Assembly (NCBI RefSeq): GCF_001194135.2
Contig: NC_068994.1
Span: forward strand, 41,734,456-41,798,455
Reading direction: 5' to 3'
DNA from: Octopus bimaculoides
Lineage: Eukaryota
DNA: 64,000 bases
Shown: piece by piece, positions 62,927 through 64,000 of the stretch
Layout: the number at the start of each line of letters is the position of its first letter
How positions within the stretch are numbered: the stretch's first letter is position 1
Notes under the pieces: model-generated
What the model was told of the DNA's origin: nothing
Database searches by the model: none
Seen by the model: only the letters and a program-made list of their open reading frames with translations
Program-made: the position numbers and the translations under genes

Positions 62927-63791
62927 NNNNNNNNNNNNNNNNNNNNNNNNNNNNNNNNNNNNNNNNNNNNNNNNNNNNNNNNNNNNNNNNNNNNNNNNNN
63001 NNNNNNNNNNNNNNNNNNNNNNNNNNNNNNNNNNNNNNNNNNNNNNNNNNNNNNNNNNNNNNNNNNNNNNNNNNNNNNNNNNNNNNNNNNNNNNNNNNNN
63101 NNNNNNNNNNNNNNNNNNNNNNNNNNNNNNNNNNNNNNNNNNNNNNNNNNNNNNNNNNNNNNNNNNNNNNNNNNNNNNNNNNNNNNNNNNNNNNNNNNNN
63201 NATATATATATGGATATATGAATATATATATATATATATATATATATAGATATAGATACATACATAAAACATGAACACACACACACATGTACTTGTATGT
63301 TTGTGCATGTGAGTGTGCATGCGCACATGTGTGTGTGTGTGTGCACATGTATGCAATGCTAGGCACATGTGATACATGAATTTGTTTTATGGAATGTATG
63401 TTTCATGGAATGTGATCATACACATTCCATAAATGAGTGCATCATTGGACGAACGAGCATTCTTCTTTTTTATTTTGTTGCTGTCTTTCCGATTATTTTT
63501 TTCTTCTTAATCAAATTCTATAATAAACGCATAAAATACATATAAATAATAATAATAAAAAAAGATGGAGGGATTGGGAAAGACAACTATAGTAACTAGA
63601 ATTTCCCAGGAATTATAAATAATAAACAATGCTTTTTATTGTTAGGGAGATCTTTAAAAAACAACAAAAATACTATAAATATAGAATGAAATTACAAAAT
63701 CCATGACACATAAAGAAATAAACAATAAAATGAAAACAATGGGAAAAAATAATAATTGAAAAAAAAAAATTAAAATAGGAACCCCTTCCAC

Positions 63792-63827
<36 letters not shown>

Positions 63828-63944
63828 ATATACACGCACGCGCGCACTCCCCTTAGCTTCGCAAATTGTAAAGGCAGGCCTATAATGTAAAAGCACTAAG
63901 TGGAGGTAGCTATGATGAGTGGCATCTCTAGTCAAGTACATTAT

Positions 63945-64000
63945 AATGATGGTGGTGTTGGCAGAGGCGGCCGCGGCGGCGGCGGTGGCGGTGGTGGCGG
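63945..64000. repeat. (GGT)/(GGC)n GC-rich tract running off the window end
   Basis: ggcagaggcggccgcggcggcggcggtggcggtggtggcgg. Confidence 0.9.

Overview
AT-rich animal genomic DNA from a gapped draft assembly, with 12 N-gaps that are mostly flanked by (TA)n or (CA)n tracts. The repeat landscape resembles octopod cephalopod DNA. That is my recognition of the repeats, not a database result. Nearly all supplied ORFs are microsatellite or gap artefacts, and no host gene can be named. The window is a dense transposon graveyard. It holds dozens of SINE copies (working labels A, B, D, E1-E3, plus an unclassified repeat C), a near full-length decayed CR1/L2-like LINE at about 18.8-23.2 kb on the minus strand, RTE fragments, Penelope-like GIY-YIG remnants, Tc1/mariner remnants (including DD41D and DD37D), and hAT- and piggyBac-like MITEs, several of them nested. 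The most notable signals are: (1) a fold-back carrying two back-to-back minimal hammerhead-ribozyme-like motifs with a compensatory U3-A8 core; (2) a tRNA-headed SINE whose tail carries a hammerhead-like motif; (3) a DD41D element with a microhomology-bounded internal inversion; (4) an unexplained hairpin with ~60-bp arms; (5) a ~200-bp local duplication; (6) a DR4-like AGGTCA array; (7) one good candidate coding exon at 29839-29905 (+). Boundaries of degenerate repeats are approximate, about +/-20 bp.
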